Virus record (IMG/VR): IMGVR_UViG_3300034374_009547
DNA length: 64,000 bases
From: a virus
Taxonomy: Duplodnaviria > Caudoviricetes
Direction: 5' to 3' (one strand)
Shown here: piece by piece, positions 1 to 9,095 of the stretch
Position numbering within the stretch: position 1 is the first letter of the stretch
How the letters are laid out: every line of letters starts with the position of its first letter
The notes under the pieces: model-generated
What the model was told of the DNA's origin: nothing
Database searches by the model: none
Seen by the model: the letters and a program-made list of their open reading frames with translations, nothing else
Translations under genes and position numbers: made by a program

Positions 1-131
1 TCTACTTTAGATTGCTCAAACATAAATTTGTATTGCTTCTTTGTAGATTTTTTTACTTTTGCAGAATCTATTCCATTTTCTACATTGTAAGGATGAATAA
101 ATTTTTCAAAGTCAATGTCAAACTGGTTCAT
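1..131 (-). CDS. Partial hypothetical protein (5' end; runs off the window start)
   Basis: Manual translation from ATG at 131: MNQFDIDFEKFIHPYNVENGIDSAKVKK..., open to base 1. Overlaps the stop of 118..1176, as in an operon. Confidence 0.6.
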   Translation of the reverse strand, partial: MNQFDIDFEKFIHPYNVENGIDSAKVKKSTKKQYKFMFEQSKV

Positions 132-1176
132 AATTAATCTCGTTATGATATGCTTTGTTTTTAGCACAAGTACGAATACATCTTGTAAAATGCAACGGGT
201 GTGTTGGTTGCCAACTTGCTTCTAAAAGGTGTTCAAACCATTTGTGTTTTTGTATTTGTTCAATAGTATGATGTTTCAAACTATTCCAATTTGGTTCAAA
301 TTGATTTAGTTTATATAAAATATCTTCTTTATTTTTAAATGCGCTATCCCACAAAAAACAACAAGGCCACATGGTCTGATCACTTGCAATAAAAATTTCT
401 TGCTCATGTATATATTTACAAACAATGCTGTTTACAATGTTTTGTGTTTTTTCCTTGTCTACAACATTAGATTTATATTCAGTAATAAATTTATCTAGAT
501 CTTTTACAATATCTTTTTTGCTATGTTCTTTTTTACCTGTAGTTGTAATTTTTTGTTCAACTTTTTTATTTTTTTTGCCTAGTTGAGATATCCATTGATG
601 ATAACTATTTCTCATACCTGTACGTGTTGCAAATTCAAAACCTAAAATATTAGCGTGTGCTTTGGCTTTTGCTAATTCATATTCGTTATGATCAAATACA
701 ATAAAAATCCAAGTAGCATGTTTATCAGGTGCAGTTTGCGCAAAGGCATTAATATTACGTTCAATAGTTTTCCACTTGGTGTTAACTCTATAAATATGAT
801 TTGTTTCTTCATATCCATCTATACAAAAATGAATATGCAATTTTCCTGGGTGCTTTGTTGCTATTGAGCCTAATTCGTTCCACCATTTACCTGTGTTGTA
901 TCCGCCATTGGTGCTAACTTCACAATAACCACCTAAATCGGTAAGATACTTAACCATATCTAAAAAATCTTGATTTACAATAGGATCTCCTAAAACACCG
1001 CAAAACTTAAATTCTACTCCTGTATAATCATCAACAGGAAAAATACGTTGCAAATCTTGCAACGTAAATGAATTTATTTGCAACAATTCTTTGTTAAGTG
1101 TTCTAGCACAACCTGGACATGCTGCATTACAATCACTGGTAATTTCTAGTTCAACTTTTTTGATAGAAGTATTCAT
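118..1176 (-). CDS. Radical SAM protein with C-terminal SPASM/twitch-like Cys cluster (type A)
   Basis: CxxxCxxC (CNAACPGC) near the N-terminus; FCGVLGDP, VSTNGG and FCIDG motifs; C-terminal CKY..WPCC..CIRTC. Confidence 0.9.
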   Translation of the reverse strand: MNTSIKKVELEITSDCNAACPGCARTLNKELLQINSFTLQDLQRIFPVDDYTGVEFKFCGVLGDPIVNQDFLDMVKYLTDLGGYCEVSTNGGYNTGKWWNELGSIATKHPGKLHIHFCIDGYEETNHIYRVNTKWKTIERNINAFAQTAPDKHATWIFIVFDHNEYELAKAKAHANILGFEFATRTGMRNSYHQWISQLGKKNKKVEQKITTTGKKEHSKKDIVKDLDKFITEYKSNVVDKEKTQNIVNSIVCKYIHEQEIFIASDQTMWPCCFLWDSAFKNKEDILYKLNQFEPNWNSLKHHTIEQIQKHKWFEHLLEASWQPTHPLHFTRCIRTCAKNKAYHNEINYEPV

Positions 1177-2251
1177 ATATTTCTTTGTTTAAATCTTTCA
1201 ATTGTTCTTTTTGGAATTTGTCTAAAGAATTATTAAATTCTATAAACTTATTTTTTAATGATGTATTATCTTCTTCTTGTAATATAATTATTTTATTTGC
1301 TTGTTGTGAAATTACATCATTTGATTTAAGCATCCAATTTTTTCTTGTATCAATATCAATCATATCAATTGATAAATGCTTAGGATATCTAACTTTATTA
1401 AAATTTAACCATAGTTTGTTTTCATTACAATAGGTTATTAAATCAGATAATTTGTTTATGTTGTACACACTTACAGAACAATGAACACTATTAATTACAT
1501 CTTTTGTAGCAGCCCATTGTTTTAAATTTGTGTCTATTATATTCCAATTTACGCCCCATCTACATAATTTAGAAAGATCGCCTACAGCATCAATACTAAA
1601 TTCTATATGTAATTTTTTACAAGCAAGTAATTTTTCTAATAATTTTTTATTAGGAAATACACTACCATTTGTTGTTATATAAATTTGTAAATTTTTGTAA
1701 TCAGTTTTTTGTTGTAAGTATTCTATAAACCATTCTAGTTTTTTACTATAAAATGGTTCGCCTCCTAAAATTTTTATTCTTTCTAATTTACTAATATCGC
1801 TATTTGTTATGATTTGTTTAACATCATACTTGGGATATGCAACACTATAGTCGTCTATGTGATTTATTTCTTTTTTTAATTGATGTGCTGAATTCCATTT
1901 ACTGCTTAACATAGGAGTGCAAATTCTACACATCATATTACATGTGTAATCAAGAGCAATTTTTAAACTGCGTAATTCTATAGTTTCTCTATCTTTACGT
2001 ATATGATTTTCAATTTGCCTATCACTTACGCCATTGATGTTTTCAATATTCCAACACACATCACAAATAGAATCTTTTTTATTTTCAAGCATAGTATTTC
2101 TTACCCGTTGGTATGTTTTACTATGCAACAAATCGTTTAAATTTATAATATTTTTTATGTGTAAATTTTCTTCATCTGGCATTATGTGGCAACATGGACT
2201 TGCAAAAGGTCTTGAAAAATCAATTTCTTCATATGCTAATATGCATTTCAC
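1151..2251 (-). CDS. Radical SAM protein with N-terminal Cys-rich (twitch-like) domain (type B)
   Basis: N-terminal C..SPCCH..CDVCW; CNMMCRIC; LGGEP; ITTNGS; FSIDA. Confidence 0.9.
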   Translation of the reverse strand: MKCILAYEEIDFSRPFASPCCHIMPDEENLHIKNIINLNDLLHSKTYQRVRNTMLENKKDSICDVCWNIENINGVSDRQIENHIRKDRETIELRSLKIALDYTCNMMCRICTPMLSSKWNSAHQLKKEINHIDDYSVAYPKYDVKQIITNSDISKLERIKILGGEPFYSKKLEWFIEYLQQKTDYKNLQIYITTNGSVFPNKKLLEKLLACKKLHIEFSIDAVGDLSKLCRWGVNWNIIDTNLKQWAATKDVINSVHCSVSVYNINKLSDLITYCNENKLWLNFNKVRYPKHLSIDMIDIDTRKNWMLKSNDVISQQANKIIILQEEDNTSLKNKFIEFNNSLDKFQKEQLKDLNKEIYEYFYQKS

Positions 2252-3330
2252 TTAAATTGCTCCGCAAATGGATCAAATTCTGAACCACACTTTTGAGCAC
2301 AAACTCCTAGTTTACCATCTTTGACGCTAGGAAGATTCCAACTATCTGTAATACCTTTTAACAACTTTCCGTTGACAACGTCCTTAATATCATTTTCAAT
2401 TATGTCAATGCCTTCTTTTCCTCCAGCATTGTCAATATGATCCCAAATTTGTTCAACTCTAGGATCAGGATGCCACCATTTATACATACGTCCAGCAGTC
2501 CAGCAGCATGGCATTAATAGTCCTTCAGCAGTGATAAACACACTACCTTCTTCTGCTACTTTACATTTGATACTGCACTTATCAAAGTATTCTTTCATGC
2601 TTCCGTATGATTTCTCAATTTCTTTTTGTTTTAACAATGCTAAATTGTTATTTTTTTCGTCTTTAGGTTTTTCAAGTTTAGCAGTTTCATTGCCTTTTCT
2701 ATCAACTGCTTGATGAGATTCTTTTGGTACAATATTGCTAGTAACAAATCTTCCGCTTTTCTTTTTAATAAATCGTTCACAACCCCACGCATTTGCTAAT
2801 GCTTCTGCTTCTTCTACTTGATGTTCGTTATGTTGAAAAATAAGAAAATCCCAACGTGCTCTGCCGCCTGCATCAATAAACGCCCGCATATTGCGTTCTA
2901 CATTGTTCCAGACAACATTCTGCCTGTATAAATGATTAGTGTCACTAAGACCGTCCACACTAAAAATAACAGCACCCATTCTACCAAAGACTTGGGCAAG
3001 TTCACGCCACCATGTTTCATCTTTTGCTCCTGCGTTTGTGTTCATCGAGAGCCAAATGTCTGCATTATGTTCTCTAAAGTAACGGAATATTTCTAAAGTA
3101 TCTCGTGCTACAATAGGATCACCTAAGTTACCACACATGAACATTGTGTTAAGTTGTGCAATAAATTTTGGTTTGAAGATACGTTTGCAATCTTCTAAAC
3201 TTAGTTCAGCATTTGTAATGTGTGGATTATCAGCACCACCGTTCATATTACGATCGCACATAGGACATGCTGCTTGACAACGCTGTGTAACTTCTAAATG
3301 AACTACTTTTATATCTTCATACTTGTACAT
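2248..3330 (-). CDS. Radical SAM protein with C-terminal SPASM/twitch-like cluster (type A)
   Basis: CQAACPMC; CGNLGDP; MNTNAG; FSVDG; C-terminal CKV..MPCCW..CAQKC. Confidence 0.92.
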   Translation of the reverse strand: MYKYEDIKVVHLEVTQRCQAACPMCDRNMNGGADNPHITNAELSLEDCKRIFKPKFIAQLNTMFMCGNLGDPIVARDTLEIFRYFREHNADIWLSMNTNAGAKDETWWRELAQVFGRMGAVIFSVDGLSDTNHLYRQNVVWNNVERNMRAFIDAGGRARWDFLIFQHNEHQVEEAEALANAWGCERFIKKKSGRFVTSNIVPKESHQAVDRKGNETAKLEKPKDEKNNNLALLKQKEIEKSYGSMKEYFDKCSIKCKVAEEGSVFITAEGLLMPCCWTAGRMYKWWHPDPRVEQIWDHIDNAGGKEGIDIIENDIKDVVNGKLLKGITDSWNLPSVKDGKLGVCAQKCGSEFDPFAEQFK

Positions 3331-3350
3331 TGTTTTATTATAACACCTTT

Positions 3351-3917
3351 TTAGTTTTTGTCAATAATCCAAAAATCATTATCAACAAATAATTTTTTAT
3401 CAACAGAAAATAAGTCAACATCTTTTTTATTATGTTCATTAGTATAGCCAGTTCCACAAATAACACTATCTGCAAAAAATTCTAGTTGTTTTAACAAAAC
3501 TGGCAGATGTTTTTGATTATCTAAAAATACAAAATCAAAAGTGTTTTTTTCATTTTCTATAAAATCCCATATATCTTGTTTAATTACAAAACAAGGGTTT
3601 TGATGTTGATCAATCAACCAGCAAAATATATTGTAATGTTCATATGCATCATTAACAATTTGTTTATCTTGTTTTGCTTTTTCATAATAAAATTTATGTT
3701 CTTTAATTTTTTCTATTCTATATGGTTCTGTATTAAATTCAAATTTATCTAAAGCATAAACTATAGTGTTGGATACACTATCAAGTATATTCCAAGTACT
3801 ACTACCTAATCCAACTCCTACTTCAAGTATTTTTTTTGGATTATATTTTTTAATTGCGTTAGAAAGATTAAAGTCAATTGACGGATCTTTAAAACTAGGA
3901 ATATCATTATGCTTCAT
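3351..3917 (-). CDS. Class I SAM-dependent methyltransferase-like protein
   Basis: ILEVGVGLGSS motif I, YALDKF acidic motif, FDFVFLD motif. Confidence 0.75.
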   Translation of the reverse strand: MKHNDIPSFKDPSIDFNLSNAIKKYNPKKILEVGVGLGSSTWNILDSVSNTIVYALDKFEFNTEPYRIEKIKEHKFYYEKAKQDKQIVNDAYEHYNIFCWLIDQHQNPCFVIKQDIWDFIENEKNTFDFVFLDNQKHLPVLLKQLEFFADSVICGTGYTNEHNKKDVDLFSVDKKLFVDNDFWIIDKN

Positions 3918-4734
3918 TATACTTCCTGTCTATAAATTGAGATTCATATGGTTTGTAATATATGCTACATTTTCTTTTACAAACTTCTAACGGATTATCT
4001 ATTATATCTGAGAACCTTTTTGCATCAAAATTCTTATCCCAATCTTGCCATTCTTTTTTATATCTTGTACTGCCTATCCAACAACAAGGCATAACTTTGC
4101 CTTCGGCGCTAACATATATACTGCGTTCTTTTTGTACTTTACATTCTACACCTTTAGGAACTTTTGGTAAAGATTTACCCCTAGTTGTTTCTTTGGTTAC
4201 AAACTCTTTAAATCCTAACATGTCTGCCAATGCTTCGGCGTCCTTGACTTGATGCTTGTTATGATCAAATATTAAATAATCCCATCTTGCATATCCACCA
4301 TTGGTAATATAAGTTCGTGCATTTTCAATAACTTTGTTCCAAACTACATTTTTTCTATACAAATGATTTGTATCATTAAGTCCATCTATACTGAATGTAA
4401 CTACATCAACAACTTTTGCTATTTTCTCCCACCATGCTGTATCTCTTGCACCGCCGTTGGTTACCATGCGTAAATGTATATTAGGATTTATACTTTTAAA
4501 ATATTCAAATATTTCCAACGTATCATGAGCAATAATAGGATCTCCAAAATTGCCACACATGTACATAACTTCTAATTGTTTAATAAAACTTTGAGAAAAT
4601 AATTTTTTGCAGTCTTCTAAATTTAATTCTGCTTGCATGATATTTATACCTGTCCTTCCACACTGAGGACAGGCTGCTTGACAACGTTCAGTAACTTCTA
4701 AATGTAATGTTTGGATTTCGTTAATTTTGTACAT
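3907..4734 (-). CDS. Radical SAM protein, compact type A paralog
   Basis: CQAACPQC; CGNFGDP; VTNGG; FSIDG; CKV..MPCCW..CKRKC. Clear paralog of 2248..3330. Confidence 0.92.
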   Translation of the reverse strand: MYKINEIQTLHLEVTERCQAACPQCGRTGINIMQAELNLEDCKKLFSQSFIKQLEVMYMCGNFGDPIIAHDTLEIFEYFKSINPNIHLRMVTNGGARDTAWWEKIAKVVDVVTFSIDGLNDTNHLYRKNVVWNKVIENARTYITNGGYARWDYLIFDHNKHQVKDAEALADMLGFKEFVTKETTRGKSLPKVPKGVECKVQKERSIYVSAEGKVMPCCWIGSTRYKKEWQDWDKNFDAKRFSDIIDNPLEVCKRKCSIYYKPYESQFIDRKYNEA

Positions 4735-5794
4735 TCCAGAAATTTTGTTTTCTTAATTTATCTCTTATTTTTGTTTGCTCAACAAACATATCATACAAAT
4801 GTTGGTCAAACGGTTTTTTTGTAGCAATAACACTAGGCATATCTTTGTGCTTATTTGGATCTAAGTTGTAATTTTTACCTTGCACAAAAGGATACATGTA
4901 ATTAGGTGTAATTAAAGGTGTCATATGAAACTCTGTATCGGCAAAATAATCAATTATGTTATTTAACTTAAAAATATTATATGCACTAACAACACAAACA
5001 ACATTCATGTTACTATTATCTTTTATAGTATTATATGCTTTTTCAAAGTTTTTCCATTTACCTGGCCATCTGATATAATCGTAAACATCTTCAATTCCGT
5101 CGCAACTTATACTAATGTGTAAATCTTTAAACTTGTTTAACAACTTAAAATGCTTTTGTTTTAATAACAAGCCGTTGGTAATAAATTTTAAACTTATTTC
5201 TTTTTTATTTTTTAATGATTCTAAAAATTCAAAAATTTTAGGATTTGCAAAAGGTTCGCCGCCTGTAAATTTTAATTCTTTTACATTTTGCTTTTGAATT
5301 TGATCAAAAGCATTTTGTTCCCATGTGCCAACATTTGCAGGAAATCTATATTCTTCTCTAAGCCAATTTTCATTAGGATTATTTTTAACTTCTGCTTCTA
5401 AAACACTGCTTATTCCAGGTGCACACATACGGCAGCCTAAATTACACAAACTACTCATTTTCATATCAAAGTAAAATGGAGTAATTTTTGTTGAACCAGT
5501 TTTTGTAGTATTAGTTTTTATTTCTTCAATGTAATCTTGAAATTTGTAATTGACACTTTGACGTCTGCTAAATTTTCCTAAATCTTCATGGTTCCAGCAT
5601 GTAGTGCATTCTTTTCTACGAACTCCATTTAACAAATCTTTTCGTAAATCATCAAATTTACTATTGTTGTTTTCTATTGTATCAGACCAGTGAGCATCGT
5701 TACTAGGATTGTATACGCAACAAGGTCGATAAGCGCCAGTACCTGTAATACTACTGGCACCTATCCAAGGTAAGACACAGAATGTGTCAGACAT
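4721..5794 (-). CDS. Radical SAM protein with N-terminal twitch-like domain (type B)
   Basis: FCVLPW..RPCC..CTTCW; CNLGCRMC; FTGGEP; ITNG; ISCDG. Confidence 0.92.
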   Translation of the reverse strand: MSDTFCVLPWIGASSITGTGAYRPCCVYNPSNDAHWSDTIENNNSKFDDLRKDLLNGVRRKECTTCWNHEDLGKFSRRQSVNYKFQDYIEEIKTNTTKTGSTKITPFYFDMKMSSLCNLGCRMCAPGISSVLEAEVKNNPNENWLREEYRFPANVGTWEQNAFDQIQKQNVKELKFTGGEPFANPKIFEFLESLKNKKEISLKFITNGLLLKQKHFKLLNKFKDLHISISCDGIEDVYDYIRWPGKWKNFEKAYNTIKDNSNMNVVCVVSAYNIFKLNNIIDYFADTEFHMTPLITPNYMYPFVQGKNYNLDPNKHKDMPSVIATKKPFDQHLYDMFVEQTKIRDKLRKQNFWNVQN

Positions 5795-6725
5795 AACTTA
5801 CATATGCATCCAAATCTGGTTTTGTGTCGTGATCACTTCTTGGAATTGGAACCATTTTTTGATAATACGGACAGAAATATTCTTCTGCTGGATCTTTGTA
5901 ACCTATACCGATTGTCATTTCTGGAAAAAAGCCAATTGCTTCCTTTATTAGATCAGGATAATTTACACACCGACATAATCCAGTATATAAACCTTTATCT
6001 GCTGCACTATAAATTATAGTAGCAGTTGCAATTCCTACATCCATATAAAAATCCGTCATGCTATAATCATCACTAATTACTCTAGGTTTAAAGAATAATA
6101 AGTATGGAGCAAGCATTTGAGGGTTGTGTCTAGCCGTTTCACTTTTACTTGCAGCGCCGGCTCTATAAATTTTGTTACGTTTTTCTTCATTGTCGTTTCT
6201 GTATATCTCAATACTATAACGTGTGACACGCTGCTTGCTAGGTGAAAAATTATGCACATCACTAATAATATCTTTTATCATATCAATTGGCGGAACTGCG
6301 TCTGTCCAATTATAAGTGTTAACTCTTTGTTGTGCTGCACGATGCCATGTATTAGGCTGTTCAATCGGTCCTCTTTCAATAATAGTTTTTAAAGTATTTT
6401 TCAAATCACTAATTTGATTAGAAAAATCTTCTGAGCACATTAGTTGATTTTGTATAAAATCTACTATCCAATCGTATACTGCAAATTCAACTTCGGTACT
6501 AACAATTTGTCTTTTGCCTCTTACCCAAAATTTGTTACCAATGTATATTGTATTAGTATTAGTGTTGTTTTCAACATCATGAATAAATGCATCAATAATG
6601 TATCCTAAATCTCTAAAACATTTTTCTGGTTCTTGCGTTCGCTCAGGATGATGTTGTTTCATATAAGATACAGCATTGTTTAATAAACGCTTTTTATTTT
6701 CTATTAGGATACTTAGATCACTCAT
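5787..6725 (-). CDS. Nitroreductase-family protein with an N-terminal all-helical (phycobiliprotein/globin-like?) domain
   Basis: C-half has nitroreductase-like motifs (FSPSKQ, APYLLFF, MDVGIA..A..KGLYTG, IGIGY). N-half carries KCFRDLGYIIDA. Confidence 0.65.
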   Translation of the reverse strand: MSDLSILIENKKRLLNNAVSYMKQHHPERTQEPEKCFRDLGYIIDAFIHDVENNTNTNTIYIGNKFWVRGKRQIVSTEVEFAVYDWIVDFIQNQLMCSEDFSNQISDLKNTLKTIIERGPIEQPNTWHRAAQQRVNTYNWTDAVPPIDMIKDIISDVHNFSPSKQRVTRYSIEIYRNDNEEKRNKIYRAGAASKSETARHNPQMLAPYLLFFKPRVISDDYSMTDFYMDVGIATATIIYSAADKGLYTGLCRCVNYPDLIKEAIGFFPEMTIGIGYKDPAEEYFCPYYQKMVPIPRSDHDTKPDLDAYVSYV

Positions 6726-6726
6726 T

Positions 6727-6951
6727 TTAATTCTCCATTACCAATTTAACATCTTTACCAGGGCCTACTTTGCTTGGCAAATCTCCGTATTGTTCTACAT
6801 ACCATTCAATAACAGCTTTATACCAATTTTGACTATTATGGTGAGCTTTTTTATTAAACTGCCATATGTTATTGTTTGTTGCTTGCATTGTACTCAATGC
6901 TCTTGCACTTTCCGTTTGTAATTGTCTTACACTTAGATCATCTAATTCCAA
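6727..6951 (-). CDS. Small hypothetical protein (74 aa)
   Basis: Tightly packed between operon neighbours on the same strand; no recognised motif. Confidence 0.7.
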   Translation of the reverse strand: MELDDLSVRQLQTESARALSTMQATNNNIWQFNKKAHHNSQNWYKAVIEWYVEQYGDLPSKVGPGKDVKLVMEN

Positions 6952-7984
6952 TTTTCATAAACCTTGTATATTTTCCTAAATTTAATTCGCCTTCATATAA
7001 AGTTTGTGCCATAGGCGAATACTTGCTAAACTCTTCTAGTGTGTTGCAGCAATTAACATGCTCTGGTATTTCAAAATAATTATTACCTTGCAAAATACAA
7101 ATTGTTCCTTCTGGAATTTTATGATACCATACATGATAATTTTCAATGTGCTCGGTGCTTGTGTTTATAACGGTGTTAGGTGTTTCCCAGATTGTTTCTT
7201 GGGTTCCGTCAAATTTATTTACATCGTAAATATGTCCATCAAATCTAATATCATGTATATCTTGTATGCAATGTTTATATGTCCAATTGTTTAAAATATA
7301 AGGCTTGTTAATAATGTTTGCAATTTTTTCGCAAGACTCATCTACATCAAATGTTGTAATTTTATCAATTTTTAATTTTGCATCTAACATCATAGTTGCT
7401 AAAATACCATACCAGCCTGCACATAAAAAAACTATTCCTAAATCTAAATTTAATTTTTTAAGTTCATCTATAAGCCAGAGTTTACTTTGTAATTGACCTC
7501 TACTTAAACAATCTTTATCAAACTCTATATCGTTTGTAATTAAATTTTTTAGTGCATTTACAAGAGTTGAATCTGAATATTCTGCAAGTAATCTAAACAA
7601 ACTAAAAAGATTATCGTCTAAAACAAGTTTACGTATATCATCATTACCAGCACATTTAAAAATTGAATTTTCATCTTTTTCTATAATAGCAAGTTTTAAA
7701 CTATCGTTTCCTGCTAGTAATCTAAACAAACTATGAATATTTTGCTCAAGAATTGCTTTCCTTAAATCTTCAATATCGCCAATAATTCTTTTGTTAGTTA
7801 CAAGCCTAAATATACTATGCCAATTTTCTTCTAAAATAGCACGCCGTAACTCATCCTTTTCAACTAACTCAAATAAACTAGTGTAATCTTTATCTATGTA
7901 TAATCTACGTAATTTACTAAAGCGAGAATCGTCAGCATGAATTAATTCAAATCTATCTAATATTTCAAAAATTTCCAGCATCAA
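6938..7984 (-). CDS. Methyltransferase-like Rossmann protein with N-terminal helical tandem repeats
   Basis: C-terminal VFLCAGWYG, TTFDVD and VINTSTEH motifs. N-terminal ~20-aa repeats of the type LRxAILExNxHSIFRL. Confidence 0.6.
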   Translation of the reverse strand: MMLEIFEILDRFELIHADDSRFSKLRRLYIDKDYTSLFELVEKDELRRAILEENWHSIFRLVTNKRIIGDIEDLRKAILEQNIHSLFRLLAGNDSLKLAIIEKDENSIFKCAGNDDIRKLVLDDNLFSLFRLLAEYSDSTLVNALKNLITNDIEFDKDCLSRGQLQSKLWLIDELKKLNLDLGIVFLCAGWYGILATMMLDAKLKIDKITTFDVDESCEKIANIINKPYILNNWTYKHCIQDIHDIRFDGHIYDVNKFDGTQETIWETPNTVINTSTEHIENYHVWYHKIPEGTICILQGNNYFEIPEHVNCCNTLEEFSKYSPMAQTLYEGELNLGKYTRFMKIGIR

Positions 7985-9023
7985 ATTTTTCTTTCAACCA
8001 ATCAAAATCATTTATCTTTTTAAGCTCGTCTGGTTTACCTTGATTTCTAGCACCATATGCTGCACCTGCTTTAGCACCAATAATTGCATACTCTGCAAAT
8101 TCTGCATCATCTTCTGTGTATGTGCACCAAGTTCTTAATCTACGATTTGTTTCTTGATCCTTTTGCCTATCAATTACTTTACTACTTAATTTAGCACATT
8201 CTCTAAATGCACCTTTCCATGTTTCAAATGGACTAGTGTTAAATGCAGTAATGTTTGAAATTTTTTGCACAGCAACAAATTTATTACTAATGCTTGTTGT
8301 CATATCAGGCTTGTTTACATCCATATCAAGCGTTTGTTGCCTTGGCAACAACTTAACACCGCCGTAACCATAAACTAATCCATTTACTGGATTTTGTGAT
8401 CTCCATACGTGAACTGCATCTTTATTATGTGTTTCAGGAACAAAGGTGTCAAATTTAAAATAGTCTGTAAGTTGGGCATCGCCGTCGACAACAAAAAACA
8501 TCTTAGATTGACACAATTTTGCTGCTTCAATATGCGCTTGGTGAATACCTTTTACTCCATGTACACGTTTTGCATGAGGTGCTTTTTCGAGAAGTTTTTC
8601 AAAATTTTCATCTGCATTAGGTTCTTTATAGCTAATAAACACAACATCATACTGATCAATTTTTGGCCTGCTTGCAACAACAGGAACAAACTTTTTATTA
8701 ATGTAATATCTTGCTTGTAATTCGCCTGGCCCGTGATGACTATCTTTCGGCATTAAACACACGCCATCATAATATTCTTCTTTATAATATAATCTTTCAT
8801 TCAAAAATACATGTGTGTATTCTTTACTATACTCATCTACTTTGTAATCAAATTTCCAATCATCAACCAAATCAACGTCATTATACACAATCCATAAATG
8901 TTTTGTAAGTGCTTTTTGTTTTGCTTCTGGCACCGTTTCTACACAGCGAGCCATAGGAAATCTTTCTTTTAAGGCTTTGTAGCCACTCCAATGTTTTTGA
9001 CCTATAAAAAATATATCATACAT
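7965..9023 (-). CDS. GT-A-like glycosyltransferase with an internally duplicated domain
   Basis: Start reassigned to ATG 9023 (MYDIFFIG), 6 nt after a TATAAT. DxD motif FFVVDGD; the N-half echoes the C-half (LWIVYND..DWKFDY vs FFVVDGD..YFKFDT). Paralog of 13549..14475. Confidence 0.65.
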   Translation of the reverse strand: MYDIFFIGQKHWSGYKALKERFPMARCVETVPEAKQKALTKHLWIVYNDVDLVDDWKFDYKVDEYSKEYTHVFLNERLYYKEEYYDGVCLMPKDSHHGPGELQARYYINKKFVPVVASRPKIDQYDVVFISYKEPNADENFEKLLEKAPHAKRVHGVKGIHQAHIEAAKLCQSKMFFVVDGDAQLTDYFKFDTFVPETHNKDAVHVWRSQNPVNGLVYGYGGVKLLPRQQTLDMDVNKPDMTTSISNKFVAVQKISNITAFNTSPFETWKGAFRECAKLSSKVIDRQKDQETNRRLRTWCTYTEDDAEFAEYAIIGAKAGAAYGARNQGKPDELKKINDFDWLKEKFDAGNF

Positions 9024-9029
9024 ACTATA

Positions 9030-9058
9030 ATTATATGATAATATAACTAGCTTGTCAA
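9030..9058 (-). promoter_or_regulatory. Sigma70-type promoter, likely giving a leaderless transcript
   Basis: Minus strand TTGACA (9058-9053), 17-nt spacer, TATAAT (9035-9030), ATG at 9023. Confidence 0.85.
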
Positions 9059-9070
9059 GTTTAGAATTGA

Positions 9071-9076
9071 TAAATA
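9071..9076 (+). promoter_or_regulatory. Late-promoter-like TAAATA motif
   Basis: TAAATA followed by GGAGG RBS upstream of 9096; the same motif precedes most structural genes. Confidence 0.6.
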
Positions 9077-9095
9077 GTTTGTACGGAGGATTACC

